Shown in pieces: positions 1 to 8,346 of a stretch of 40,727 nt of DNA. Where the stretch lies: the NCBI GenBank assembly GCA_021202495.1, contig JAJQCX010000087.1:1-40727 (forward strand). Reading direction: 5' to 3'. A program made the position numbers and the translations under genes. A model generated the notes under the pieces. That model did no database searches. It worked only from the letters and a program-made list of their open reading frames with translations, and had not been told where the DNA came from. The DNA is from Clostridia bacterium (GTDB lineage Bacteria; Bacillota; Clostridia; UMGS1883). Position 1 is the stretch's first letter, and each line of letters starts with the position of its first letter.

Positions 1-13
1 GCGGACTTGGGGG

Positions 14-85
14 CTATTTTGCTTTTAGCGCAAATATCGCAAGAAATATTAAAGTCAAAATTATAACTCTGACAATCTGCCTCAT
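14..85 (-). CDS. Small hydrophobic peptide (23 aa, MRQIVRVIILTLIFLAIFALKAK), type I toxin / holin-like toxin candidate
   Basis: Read manually (below the ORF-track cutoff): ATG at 85, TAG at 14-16, strong SD GGAGGTGA at 91-98. One TM-length hydrophobic stretch and a basic C-terminus. Confidence 0.7.
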   Translation of the reverse strand: MRQIVRVIILTLIFLAIFALKAK

Positions 86-183
86 GATAATCACCTCCCC
101 TTAAATAGGGTCAGGTGACATAACCGCCCGGTTTTTAAGCCGGTTTGTCTTACCTTTAACATCGGAATAATCCAATGTTTTTT

Positions 184-213
184 ATTATAAGGCATTTTTT
201 TGTCGAATTGCAA
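184..213 (-). promoter_or_regulatory. Sigma-A promoter for the small peptide gene
   Basis: TTGCAA (213-208), 18 bp, TATAAT (189-184) on the minus strand. Confidence 0.55.
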
Positions 214-242
214 GAACAAATGCGTAATTTTATTACAATGCG

Positions 243-271
243 TTGACAAAACCTCAAAATAAGCATATAAT
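243..271 (+). promoter_or_regulatory. Sigma-A promoter of mscL
   Basis: Perfect TTGACA-17 bp-TATAAT, then SD GGAGG before the ATG at 310. Confidence 0.85.
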
Positions 272-309
272 TGTCTTATCAAATTTAATTTTGTCGGAGG
301 GTATACATA

Positions 310-726
310 ATGAGCAATCTGCTTAAACAATTCAAAGAGTTTGCCTTCAAGGGCAACGTCATTGACATGGCTGTCGGCGTCATTGTCGGCGGCGCGTTCA
401 GCACCATCGTCACCTCGCTTGTCAACGACATCATCATGCCCATATTCGGCTACTTTACCGCGGGCGTAAATTTTGACAGCCTGAAGATTGTCCTCTCGGC
501 CGCAACCGAGGAAAAAGAGGAAGCCGCAATCATGTACGGCAGCTTCATTCAGAACATTGTCAATTTCTTAATTATCGCAGTCTGCATTTTCGCCGCGATA
601 ACGCTCGTCAATAAGGCAATGCACAAGGACAAAAAGGAAGAAGCGCCCGCCGCTCCTCCCGCCCCCACCGAAGCCGAGCTTTTGACGGAAATCCGCGACC
701 TTTTGAAGGAACAGAAAAACGCATAA
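310..726 (+). CDS. mscL: Large-conductance mechanosensitive channel
   Basis: FKEFAFKGNVIDMAVGVIVGGAFSTIVTSLVNDIIMP N-terminus and LLTEIRDLL C-terminus. Confidence 0.97.
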   Translation: MSNLLKQFKEFAFKGNVIDMAVGVIVGGAFSTIVTSLVNDIIMPIFGYFTAGVNFDSLKIVLSAATEEKEEAAIMYGSFIQNIVNFLIIAVCIFAAITLVNKAMHKDKKEEAPAAPPAPTEAELLTEIRDLLKEQKNA

Positions 727-740
727 CGATCAAGATTATC

Positions 741-768
741 AGGCTTGTCGTAAGACAAGCCCTTTTTA
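741..768 (+). terminator. Intrinsic terminator after mscL
   Basis: GGCTTGTC-gtaa-GACAAGCC followed by a T run. Confidence 0.75.
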
Positions 769-860
769 CACCGTAAATTTATCGAAAAAATGTTCTGCCA
801 ATTTTCTTATTGATTTTATCTTTCCTCTATGCTATTATATCAGCACGAGGTGAACAAAAA

Positions 861-1487
861 ATGGTTGACGGAATAATATTTGATTTGGACGGAACAATGT
901 GGGACAGCTGCGACGCCGTTTTGATAGCATGGGACGAAACAAGCCGAAAATACGGCTGCGGCGCACTCACAAAAAAAGATATGCAGGGCATTATGGGCAT
1001 GGTGATAAAGGATGCCGGAGTTAAGCTTTTCGGAAAATACGTCGGCGAGGAAAAGGCAAAGGAAATTGCCGCCGAATGTGCCGAGCGCGAAATCGCTTAT
1101 CTTGAAAAAATGGGCGGCAAGCTCTACCCCAAGCTTTGCGAAACGCTCTCCGAACTCAAAAAGAAATACCCGCTTTTCATCGTCTCGAACTGCGAAAACG
1201 GCTACATCGAAGCCTTTATGAAATACCATGACACCGCGAAGTTTTTTGACGATTACGAGCACTGCGGCAGAACGGGGCTGACAAAGGACGGAAACATAAA
1301 GCTTTTGACAAAGCGCAATAACCTCAAATCCCCCGTCTATGTCGGCGACACCCAAACCGACCGCGACGCCGCAAACGCGGCAGGCGCAGCTTTCATCTAC
1401 GCCGCCTACGGCTTCGGCACAGTCGACAGCTTCGACGCCGAAATAGAAACCTTCGCCGATTTGCCTAACGCTTTGGAAACATTATAA
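861..1487 (+). CDS. HAD-superfamily hydrolase (phosphoglycolate phosphatase-like)
   Basis: IIFDLDGT motif I, IVSN motif II, YVGDTQTD motif IV. ATG 861 follows GAGGTG; promoter TTGATT-17-TGcTATTAT at 810-838. Confidence 0.9.
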   Translation: MVDGIIFDLDGTMWDSCDAVLIAWDETSRKYGCGALTKKDMQGIMGMVIKDAGVKLFGKYVGEEKAKEIAAECAEREIAYLEKMGGKLYPKLCETLSELKKKYPLFIVSNCENGYIEAFMKYHDTAKFFDDYEHCGRTGLTKDGNIKLLTKRNNLKSPVYVGDTQTDRDAANAAGAAFIYAAYGFGTVDSFDAEIETFADLPNALETL

Positions 1488-1496
1488 AGCTTATAC

Positions 1497-1527
1497 AAAA
1501 GGACAGGCATCTCCGCCCGTCCTTTTA
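1497..1527. terminator. Bidirectional terminator between the convergent HAD and AI-2E genes
   Basis: AAAAGGAC(A)GGC...GCC(C)GTCCTTTT inverted repeat flanked by A and T runs. Confidence 0.7.
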
Positions 1528-1582
1528 AAATTTATAATTCATTCAAAATGCGCCCCGCGCGTTTTTACCTCAACTCCACACT

Positions 1583-2704
1583 TCACACTCCACTCTCAAC
1601 ACTCTTCTCCGTATCTTTAGCCAACAATTTATACACCGCCGCCGCAAGCGGTACGCCTACCAACATACCCAAAATGCCCGAAACGCTGCCGCCCACGGTC
1701 ACGGCAGCGAGCACCCAAATGCCGGGAAGCCCTATGGAGCTTCCGACAACGCGCGGATATATCAAGTTTCCCTCAAGCTGCTGCAAAACGACGAGGAAAA
1801 CAAGAAATATCACAGCCTTAATCGGCGACTCCGACAGCATCATCACCGCGCCCACAGCGCCGCCTATGTACGCGCCCGCAACGGGTATCAGCGCCGTAAA
1901 GCCCACCAAAACGCCGATCATGCCCGCATACGGCAGGCGCAAAATCATCATGCCTATCGCGCAAAGCGAGCCCAAAATAACAGCCTCTATGCACTGACCG
2001 ACAATGTATTTGTGAAAGCTTTCGTTCAAAACGCCCAAAACATAATATATCTTGTCATTTGCCTTCTGCGGCAGGTATCTTGTCATAAGCTTTTTAAACT
2101 GCCTCTGCACCCTCTCGCGGTCAGCCAAAAGGTACAGCGCAAACACAAACCCAATCACCCACGAAACAATGCTCGACACAACGCGCGAAACAATGCTTAT
2201 CACGGTTCCCGCCGTGCCGCTGATGCCCGAGGCGAGCGCCTTTGCCGCGCTTTCAAGCGCCGTCTTCCAATCAATTGACGATAAATATTCCTCGATATTC
2301 TCCGGCATATGGCTTTGAACAATGTCGCTCGCCATAAATTCCTGCACCATCGGCGGCACCTTTTCAACAAGCAGCTTCACGCATGATGCAAGCTCGGGAA
2401 TGACAATTCCCACCACAAGGCACAACGCCGCGGCAAGCGTTATTATAGCCAATACCATGCACACTGCTCTGCGGCTTTTTATAACAGCCTTCGCCTTCGA
2501 TTTGGGAAAGTAGTGCCGCTCGTAAAACGAAACGATTATATTTAACACATACGCTATAACGCACCCAATCAAAAGCGGCATTGCCGCACTCGCGAGCGTC
2601 GCCAAAATCCCCGACGCCCAATCCCAATAATATATCACCAAAAAGAGTGCGAATACACATCCCAAAATTCTTAAAAGCCGCTTATTTTCAGCCTTCAATT
2701 TCAA
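1583..2704 (-). CDS. AI-2E family (PerM/YueF-like) transporter
   Basis: Multi-TM protein with QQLEGNLIYPRVVGSSIGLPGIWV and GMLVGVPLAA motifs. Confidence 0.92.
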   Translation of the reverse strand: MKLKAENKRLLRILGCVFALFLVIYYWDWASGILATLASAAMPLLIGCVIAYVLNIIVSFYERHYFPKSKAKAVIKSRRAVCMVLAIITLAAALCLVVGIVIPELASCVKLLVEKVPPMVQEFMASDIVQSHMPENIEEYLSSIDWKTALESAAKALASGISGTAGTVISIVSRVVSSIVSWVIGFVFALYLLADRERVQRQFKKLMTRYLPQKANDKIYYVLGVLNESFHKYIVGQCIEAVILGSLCAIGMMILRLPYAGMIGVLVGFTALIPVAGAYIGGAVGAVMMLSESPIKAVIFLVFLVVLQQLEGNLIYPRVVGSSIGLPGIWVLAAVTVGGSVSGILGMLVGVPLAAAVYKLLAKDTEKSVESGV

Positions 2705-2738
2705 TTCCTCCCGCTCTGAAAATACATAAGTAAATTAT

Positions 2739-2788
2739 TTGACTTTTGTTACGCTAACTATTATAATATATTTATATATTTCTTTCAA
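2739..2788. promoter_or_regulatory. Overlapping divergent sigma-A promoters (AI-2E / TetR)
   Basis: Plus strand TTGACT(2739)-17-TATAAT(2762-2767); minus strand TTGAAA(2788)-17-TATAAT(2765-2760). Confidence 0.65.
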
Positions 2789-2859
2789 GACATAATTTTA
2801 AAATTCTGTCACTTAATTGACACTTTTTCAATTTTGTTTCCGTATTGGGGGGATTGACC

Positions 2860-3417
2860 ATGCAGGAAAAAACCGATTTGAGAATTATCAAAACATACGC
2901 CGCGCTCACAAACGCTTTTCACAAGCTTCTTTCCGAAAAGGCGTTTGAGGAAATTACCGTAAATGAGCTTTGTAACCGCGCCGTCATTCGCCGCGCCACC
3001 TTTTACAAGCATTTTGCCGACAAATACGAATTTTTAACCTTTGTTCTCCGCCAAATGAAGCGTGATTTTGCCGAAAGCTTAAATTTAAACCCTCAGGCTG
3101 CGCTTACCGAGGATGATATTTCAAAAATCATATCCTCCGTTTTGGATTATGCCGAAAAAAATATGTCCGCACTGCGCTCCCTTTTGGGCGGCAGCACATC
3201 CGCCGCCGTCACCGAAGCGCTGACGGAACAGATGTCGTCGGACATAAAAACATACATTAAATTTTCTTCCCCCGTCTCCGACGAACTGCAAAGCCGCCTT
3301 TTGGCGGGCGCGCTCATCCAGGGAGTGGAATGGTGGCTTTTCCGCCGCGGTCAAATTTCAAAATCCGAAATGGCACGTCAGTTAAATCTCTTTGTCTGTA
3401 AATGTATTTTTGGCTGA
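2860..3417 (+). CDS. TetR/AcrR family transcriptional regulator
   Basis: DLRIIKT...ITVNELCNRAVIRRATFYKHFADKYE helix-turn-helix signature. Confidence 0.93.
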   Translation: MQEKTDLRIIKTYAALTNAFHKLLSEKAFEEITVNELCNRAVIRRATFYKHFADKYEFLTFVLRQMKRDFAESLNLNPQAALTEDDISKIISSVLDYAEKNMSALRSLLGGSTSAAVTEALTEQMSSDIKTYIKFSSPVSDELQSRLLAGALIQGVEWWLFRRGQISKSEMARQLNLFVCKCIFG

Positions 3418-3420
3418 CTT

Positions 3421-3444
3421 GCGCGGCGCAAGCCGCGCTTTTTT
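3421..3444 (+). terminator. Terminator after TetR
   Basis: GCGCGGC-gcaa-GCCGCGC followed by TTTTTT. Confidence 0.7.
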
Positions 3445-5021
3445 CAACTCATTTTTACAATAACAACGCCGTTTACAATCTTTGTGCTTCCCTCTGCGGG
3501 GTACGCCGGCATTTCCCGAACCTCTTCCAGCTCCGAAAATTCATCTACAACCTCTGTTCCGTCGCCGTATATCTGATCCTCCCAACCGCAGTAACGCTGC
3601 AAAAACAGGTTATAGCCATAGCTTCTTATAAAATCGCTCATGTTAAAGCTTCCCGTCACGCCCACGTCCTCCAGCTCCGGCGTGCTGTTGTAGTCGGAGA
3701 TTGAATTTCCTATCAAGAGCGTCGTCATTCCCGGCTCATAGCCTTCCGTCTGCTGCACCGCCATGAGTAAGCGGTTTCCGAACGCAACCGACTGCTGCTC
3801 CACAATGTCCGACTTAAAATATGCCTCATTGTCACGCAGCGCGTAATTTGCCGAAAGGATAACCGCGCCCAAGATAACGCACCACACGCAAACTGTCGCC
3901 GCTATCCTGCCCGCCTTTGAGCCTTGTTCCCGCACGCTGTAAGCGTAATCTCCCATCGCCACCGCTGCCACGGGCAGCATACACAAGCCGAAAATCATCA
4001 GCGTGTGTATTTGTTCCGCCGGTATCGCCGCCATAATGAGCGTGAGATTTGCCGCCAAGGGGAAAACAATAACGAGCGCCGCAAGGAGTAAAATTTGCTG
4101 CCAATGAAGCTTGCGGCGGAAAAGAATAAACATCCCTACCCCTACTGCCGCTATGACCATCACACAAAACGCCGCGATTGCGGGAGCGGAATGCAATCCG
4201 AAACTGTCCGATATAAAATATTCCATGTAATATTTGTACGCCGAAACTATCAGCCACGGCAAATCCCCAAAATGAATGCCCATGTCGGCAAGACCCATGT
4301 AATCGACCAATCCGCTCTCCGGAGCCGCAAACTGAGCTGCAATGTAGTACGCCGCAACTCCCACTCCAAGCGCAATGACGTATTTTAACGCGTTTTTCAA
4401 AACATCCGAAAGCTTCTTGTCCCCATCGAGCAAATCAAAAATAAGAGCCCCAACCAGCATTGCGGCTGCAACGCACACATATGCCTGATATATCGACGCC
4501 GAAAGCGCAACGCAAATTCCGCCGACCACGCACCAAATCGGGTTTCTTCTCTTAATTGTCAAATACGCGCCCAAGCACGCCAAAAAGAGGCTAAACATAT
4601 ACGCGTCCGCCGAAAACATGTAAAAATTGTTCGACGCAATGCTCGGGAACGTCACCATCAGCGCCGACGCCGCAATACAGCCTATCGCGCTTCTTATCCG
4701 CATAACTGACACCGCGAGACACGCCGAGACCGAGAGCAGCAGCGCCGAAATCAACCCTATCACCCACGAAACGCTGAAGCTTCCGTCCAGCATCATCACA
4801 AGCGGCAGCAGCCATCTTCCCGACATAGCACCGTAATCCGACCCGAACATCGCCCCCACGTTGTCGTGATTTAAAAGCAGCTTGCAATATGCCTGATGAT
4901 GCACAATAAGGCAAAGCGCAAACGCCGCCGTAAACGTTATCAAAATATGTCTCGGAATTTTCTCAAAAAGCCTCCGCAGCGCTCCCTGCGGCGCGGCAAT
5001 CCCCAACGCGTTATCGTCCAT
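3444..5021 (-). CDS. Glucosyltransferase GtrII-like (GT-C fold) polytopic membrane protein
   Basis: NHD near the N-terminus, SGRW, SIYQAY, many TM segments and C-terminal MPAYPAEGSTKIVNGVVIVK, typical of the family. Promoter TTGATT-17-TGtTACAAT at 5090-5062. Confidence 0.8.
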   Translation of the reverse strand: MDDNALGIAAPQGALRRLFEKIPRHILITFTAAFALCLIVHHQAYCKLLLNHDNVGAMFGSDYGAMSGRWLLPLVMMLDGSFSVSWVIGLISALLLSVSACLAVSVMRIRSAIGCIAASALMVTFPSIASNNFYMFSADAYMFSLFLACLGAYLTIKRRNPIWCVVGGICVALSASIYQAYVCVAAAMLVGALIFDLLDGDKKLSDVLKNALKYVIALGVGVAAYYIAAQFAAPESGLVDYMGLADMGIHFGDLPWLIVSAYKYYMEYFISDSFGLHSAPAIAAFCVMVIAAVGVGMFILFRRKLHWQQILLLAALVIVFPLAANLTLIMAAIPAEQIHTLMIFGLCMLPVAAVAMGDYAYSVREQGSKAGRIAATVCVWCVILGAVILSANYALRDNEAYFKSDIVEQQSVAFGNRLLMAVQQTEGYEPGMTTLLIGNSISDYNSTPELEDVGVTGSFNMSDFIRSYGYNLFLQRYCGWEDQIYGDGTEVVDEFSELEEVREMPAYPAEGSTKIVNGVVIVKMS

Positions 5022-5143
5022 TTCTCATTATTCCTCTTTTCTTTTAGAAATCAGCCATTCCATTGTAACACCGACCAATCTCAAAATCAAGCGGAATTAC
5101 CCAAATTTTTTAGGTTTTTGAACTGTTGCAAGTAAATGCTGTC

Positions 5144-5230
5144 ATTCTAACCTTTTTCTCTTCATCCTCTTGACAAAAAACGAAGAGAGTGGTTAGAATA
5201 TGATTAGAATGGTTAGAATGTGGTTAGAAT
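5144..5230 (+). repeat. Array of TGGTTAGAAT 10-mers overlapping the promoter (4 direct, 1 inverted)
   Basis: Copies at 5190, 5201 (TGATTAGAAT), 5210 and 5221, plus inverted ATTCTAACC at 5144-5152. TTGACA at 5170-5175 with TAGAAT 18 bp downstream. Confidence 0.85.
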
Positions 5231-5249
5231 ATTTACAAGGTGAGATTAT

Positions 5250-6560
5250 ATGATTTTCAAAGAAAGCGAAACCGTAGAATTAAAATCCATCGTAACGGAC
5301 GACATAAAAAAAGAAATTATCGCCTTTGCCAACTGCGAGGGCGGCAGGCTGTATGTCGGCGTTCAAAACGACGGCGGCGTCATCGGAGTTGACAATCCCG
5401 ATAACACGGCTCTTCAAATCAGCAATATGATTCGCGACGCCGTCAAGCCCGATCTTACAATGTTTCTGCATTACGAAACTCTGAATGTCGAGGGCAGGCA
5501 AATTGTCGCCGTCGACGTTCAAAAAGGCTCCGACCGCCCTTATTATATCGCAAAAAAAGGGCTTCGTCCCGAAGGCGTCTATGTTCGTCAGGGATATTTC
5601 TCAGCTCCCGCCACAACCGCCGTCATTCGCCAATTGATCAAGGAAACCGACGGCGACCGCTTTGAAGATATGCGTTCGTTGGAGCAAGATTTGACCTTTG
5701 AATTTGCCGCAAAGGAATTTTCGGCAAGAAACATTCCCTTTGCCCAAGCTCAAATGAAAACCTTGGGACTTATGAGCCGCGACGGTGTTTACACCAATCT
5801 CGCACTTCTTCTCTCCGACCAATGCTCTCACACCATCAAAGCAGCCGTTTTTGAAGGCTGCGACCAAAACGAATTTAAAGACCGCCGTGAATTTTCCGGC
5901 TCGCTCTTCAAGCAAATGCATGATGTCTATGATTACATTGATTTTCGCAACCAAACCCATTCCTCGTTTGACAAGCTGCTGAGAATTGACAATCGCGACT
6001 ATCCCGAAGTCGCGCTGCGTGAAGCATTGTTCAACCTTCTTGTACACCGCGAATATTCGTTCAGCGCAAGCAGCTTTATCCGCATTTTTCAAGACAGAAT
6101 TGAATTTACATCAATCGGCGGACTTGTCGGCGGTGTAACCCTGAACGACATTTCAATGGGCATTTCCGTCTGCCGCAACGTCAAGCTCGCAAATGTCTTC
6201 TATCGCCTTGAACTTATCGAAGCCTATGGCACCGGCATTTCCAAAATCATAAAAGCGTATTCCGCATACGGCAAAGCGCCGAAAATAGAAACCTCCGACA
6301 ACGCTTTTAAAATCACTCTTCCCAATTTGAATTATCAATCCCGCGAAACTCAAAAAGCGCCCTCATATCAAAGCGCCCCCGAAGAAAAGGTAATCGCTCT
6401 CGCCGAGAGCAAAGGCATTGTAACGAGAAAAGATGTTGAGACGCTTCTCGGCACAAAACAGTCCTCCGCGGGACGCATCCTCAAAAACCTCGTTCAATCA
6501 GGACAACTCATCCGCGAAGGCGGCGGCAAAAGCACCCGCTACCGCCCGGAAAAAACCTGA
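5250..6560 (+). CDS. Schlafen/AlbA_2 domain + HATPase_c_4 + C-terminal wHTH protein (often annotated RecG-like or putative DNA/RNA-binding protein)
   Basis: ESETVELK...IIAFANCEGGRLYVGV (AlbA_2); YPEVALREALFNLLVHREY and IEAYGTG (HATPase_c_4); VTRKDVETLLG...GKSTRY (wHTH). Confidence 0.85.
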   Translation: MIFKESETVELKSIVTDDIKKEIIAFANCEGGRLYVGVQNDGGVIGVDNPDNTALQISNMIRDAVKPDLTMFLHYETLNVEGRQIVAVDVQKGSDRPYYIAKKGLRPEGVYVRQGYFSAPATTAVIRQLIKETDGDRFEDMRSLEQDLTFEFAAKEFSARNIPFAQAQMKTLGLMSRDGVYTNLALLLSDQCSHTIKAAVFEGCDQNEFKDRREFSGSLFKQMHDVYDYIDFRNQTHSSFDKLLRIDNRDYPEVALREALFNLLVHREYSFSASSFIRIFQDRIEFTSIGGLVGGVTLNDISMGISVCRNVKLANVFYRLELIEAYGTGISKIIKAYSAYGKAPKIETSDNAFKITLPNLNYQSRETQKAPSYQSAPEEKVIALAESKGIVTRKDVETLLGTKQSSAGRILKNLVQSGQLIREGGGKSTRYRPEKT

Positions 6561-6587
6561 GACAAATCTAATATCTCAAAATCCCCA

Positions 6588-6649
6588 TTGACATCCCTCC
6601 GTTTTTACGATAAAATAAATTGTAATTTACTTTATCGTAAAAACGGAGG
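6588..6649 (+). promoter_or_regulatory. Promoter embedded in a 54-bp palindrome
   Basis: TTGACA(6588)-17-TAAAAT(6611). Arms CCTCCGTTTTTACGATAAA (6596-6614) and TTTATCGTAAAAACGGAGG (6631-6649) are perfect reverse complements. Confidence 0.8.
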
Positions 6650-6656
6650 CTTCCAT

Positions 6657-7883
6657 ATGCAATATATTCATCGTACACCGGAGCGCAAATTTCTCAGAAT
6701 GAGCTCTTTTTTCAAAGCCGTCCTTGTGACGGGCGCAAGGCAGGTCGGCAAAACAACAATGCTTAAGCATCTTGCGAAGGACACCGAGCGCACCTATGTT
6801 TCCATGGATAATATTATGGTGCGCACGCTCGCCAAATCCGATCCCGTCCTTTTTTTCCAAACCTACAAGCCGCCCATCATTATCGATGAAATTCAAAAGG
6901 CGCCCGAGCTTTTTGAGCAAATCAAAATCATCTGTGACGAAAGCGAGGAAACGGGGCTTTTTTGGCTCACGGGCTCTCAGCAATATAATATGATGAAAAA
7001 CGTCCGCGAAACGCTTGCCGGCAGGGTCGGCATTTTAGAGCTGTACAGCCTTACCGCAAACGAAATCGAAGGGCGCGCGTTTCAAAACGAGCTTGATTTT
7101 TCCTTTCAATGCCTTAGAGAGAGAATGCCCTTCGCCCCAAAAAACAATATCCTCGATGTCTTTGAGCATATATGGTGCGGCGGTATGCCTGCCGCCCTCA
7201 CTGCTGACGGCGAGCTGCACCGGGAATATTTCAATTCATACATCGAAACATATCTCATGCGCGACGTTTCAGAGGACGGCGGCGTCACCGACACTGTCAA
7301 ATTCAGCAGGTTTCTCATCGCCTGCGCCGCGCTTTGCGCCGAGCAGGTCAATTACAAAACATTAGCCGATGCCGCCGATATTTCACAGCCGCTCGCCAAG
7401 GATTGGCTTCGTCTTTTGCAAAGCTTGGGCATCATTTATCTTTTGCAGCCCTTTGCGAACAACGCTCTCAAGCGCCTTGTGAAAACTCCCAAGCTTTATT
7501 TTTGCGACACCGCTTTAGCCGCCCATCTCTCCGGCTGGCTCACACGGGACACGCTGATGAACGGCGCGGCAAGCGGGCACTATTTTGAAAATCATGTCGT
7601 CATCGAGCTCGTGAAAAACTTTGCCTATTCTCCCTCAAAAGTTAATTTAAGCTATTACCGCGACTCCAATGCTAAAGAAATAGACCTGTTTATCGAAGAA
7701 AACGGGCTAATTCACCCTTTGGAAATAAAGAAATCCGCCAATCCCGACCGCCGGGAGGTCAAAAAATACGAAATTCTTGACAAAACCAACCTCTCACGCG
7801 GCAGCGGCGGCATAATATGTATGTGTGAGGAGCCCATCCCCATCGACGACAAAAACTCATTTATCCCCTGCAATTTAATCTAA
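6657..7883 (+). CDS. AAA_14 ATPase with DUF4143 C-terminal region (PD-(D/E)XK-like)
   Basis: Walker A GARQVGKT, Walker B IIIDEIQ, LTGS, LAGR, KTPKLYFCDT and EIDLFIE...LEIK. Confidence 0.92.
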   Translation: MQYIHRTPERKFLRMSSFFKAVLVTGARQVGKTTMLKHLAKDTERTYVSMDNIMVRTLAKSDPVLFFQTYKPPIIIDEIQKAPELFEQIKIICDESEETGLFWLTGSQQYNMMKNVRETLAGRVGILELYSLTANEIEGRAFQNELDFSFQCLRERMPFAPKNNILDVFEHIWCGGMPAALTADGELHREYFNSYIETYLMRDVSEDGGVTDTVKFSRFLIACAALCAEQVNYKTLADAADISQPLAKDWLRLLQSLGIIYLLQPFANNALKRLVKTPKLYFCDTALAAHLSGWLTRDTLMNGAASGHYFENHVVIELVKNFAYSPSKVNLSYYRDSNAKEIDLFIEENGLIHPLEIKKSANPDRREVKKYEILDKTNLSRGSGGIICMCEEPIPIDDKNSFIPCNLI

Positions 7884-7919
7884 TCACGCACACCTCACAA
7901 TTCCACAACGTGAATTTCC

Positions 7920-8068
7920 CTGCCGTACCGCCTCGCGAAAACGCCTCAAGCGGCACTCTTGCGCCCGCAGGCGCTTCAATTCAAATTCCGCTTTGCGGAA
8001 TTTGAACCTTCATTGTTAATTATACATTCTTAATTCTAATAAACCGCCTCCCGCACCTCGGGAGGCGC
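7920..8068. repeat. Cluster of GC-rich hairpins (REP-like or terminator)
   Basis: TTCAAATTCCGC-ttt-GCGGAATTTGAA (7980-8006), CGCCTCCCG-cacct-CGGGAGGCG (8045-8067) and GCGCC-cgca-GGCGC. Confidence 0.5.
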
Positions 8069-8114
8069 TTTGTCATATAATGTTCACAGGAAGACAATTA
8101 AAGGAGCACACCCA

Positions 8115-8345
8115 ATGGACGGCAGATTATCTCATTTAAAATGCGGCGAATGTGCCGCCGTTTCCAAAATCAATTGCGGCATTCTCACGCGCCGCCGCTT
8201 GACCGACCTCGGCATGATTTGCGGCACGCCCGTTTTCTGCCTCATGCAAAGCTTGGGCGGCGGCATATGCGCCTACCGCGTCTGTGACAGCGTGATAGCC
8301 CTTCGCCGTGAGGACGCCGATTGTATAGCAGTAAAATCAATATAA
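8115..8345 (+). CDS. feoA: Ferrous iron transport protein A
   Basis: RRRLTDLGMICGT...AYRVCDSVIALRREDA SH3-like FeoA pattern; SD AAGGAG; directly upstream of feoB. Confidence 0.88.
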   Translation: MDGRLSHLKCGECAAVSKINCGILTRRRLTDLGMICGTPVFCLMQSLGGGICAYRVCDSVIALRREDADCIAVKSI

Positions 8346-8346
8346 A

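Noticed and set aside
118-160. Possible cyclic-di-GMP-I riboswitch (minus strand ACAAACCGGC...CCGGG)
   Set aside because: Lacks the GGCAAACC/GAAA tetraloop and GACGCAAAGC elements; better explained as part of the small-peptide leader
1565-1605. ACTCCAC-type short repeats at the AI-2E gene 3' end
   Set aside because: Low complexity and too short to support a defined element
5190-5230. CRISPR-like repeats
   Set aside because: 10-bp units with 0-1 nt gaps, no spacers and no cas genes
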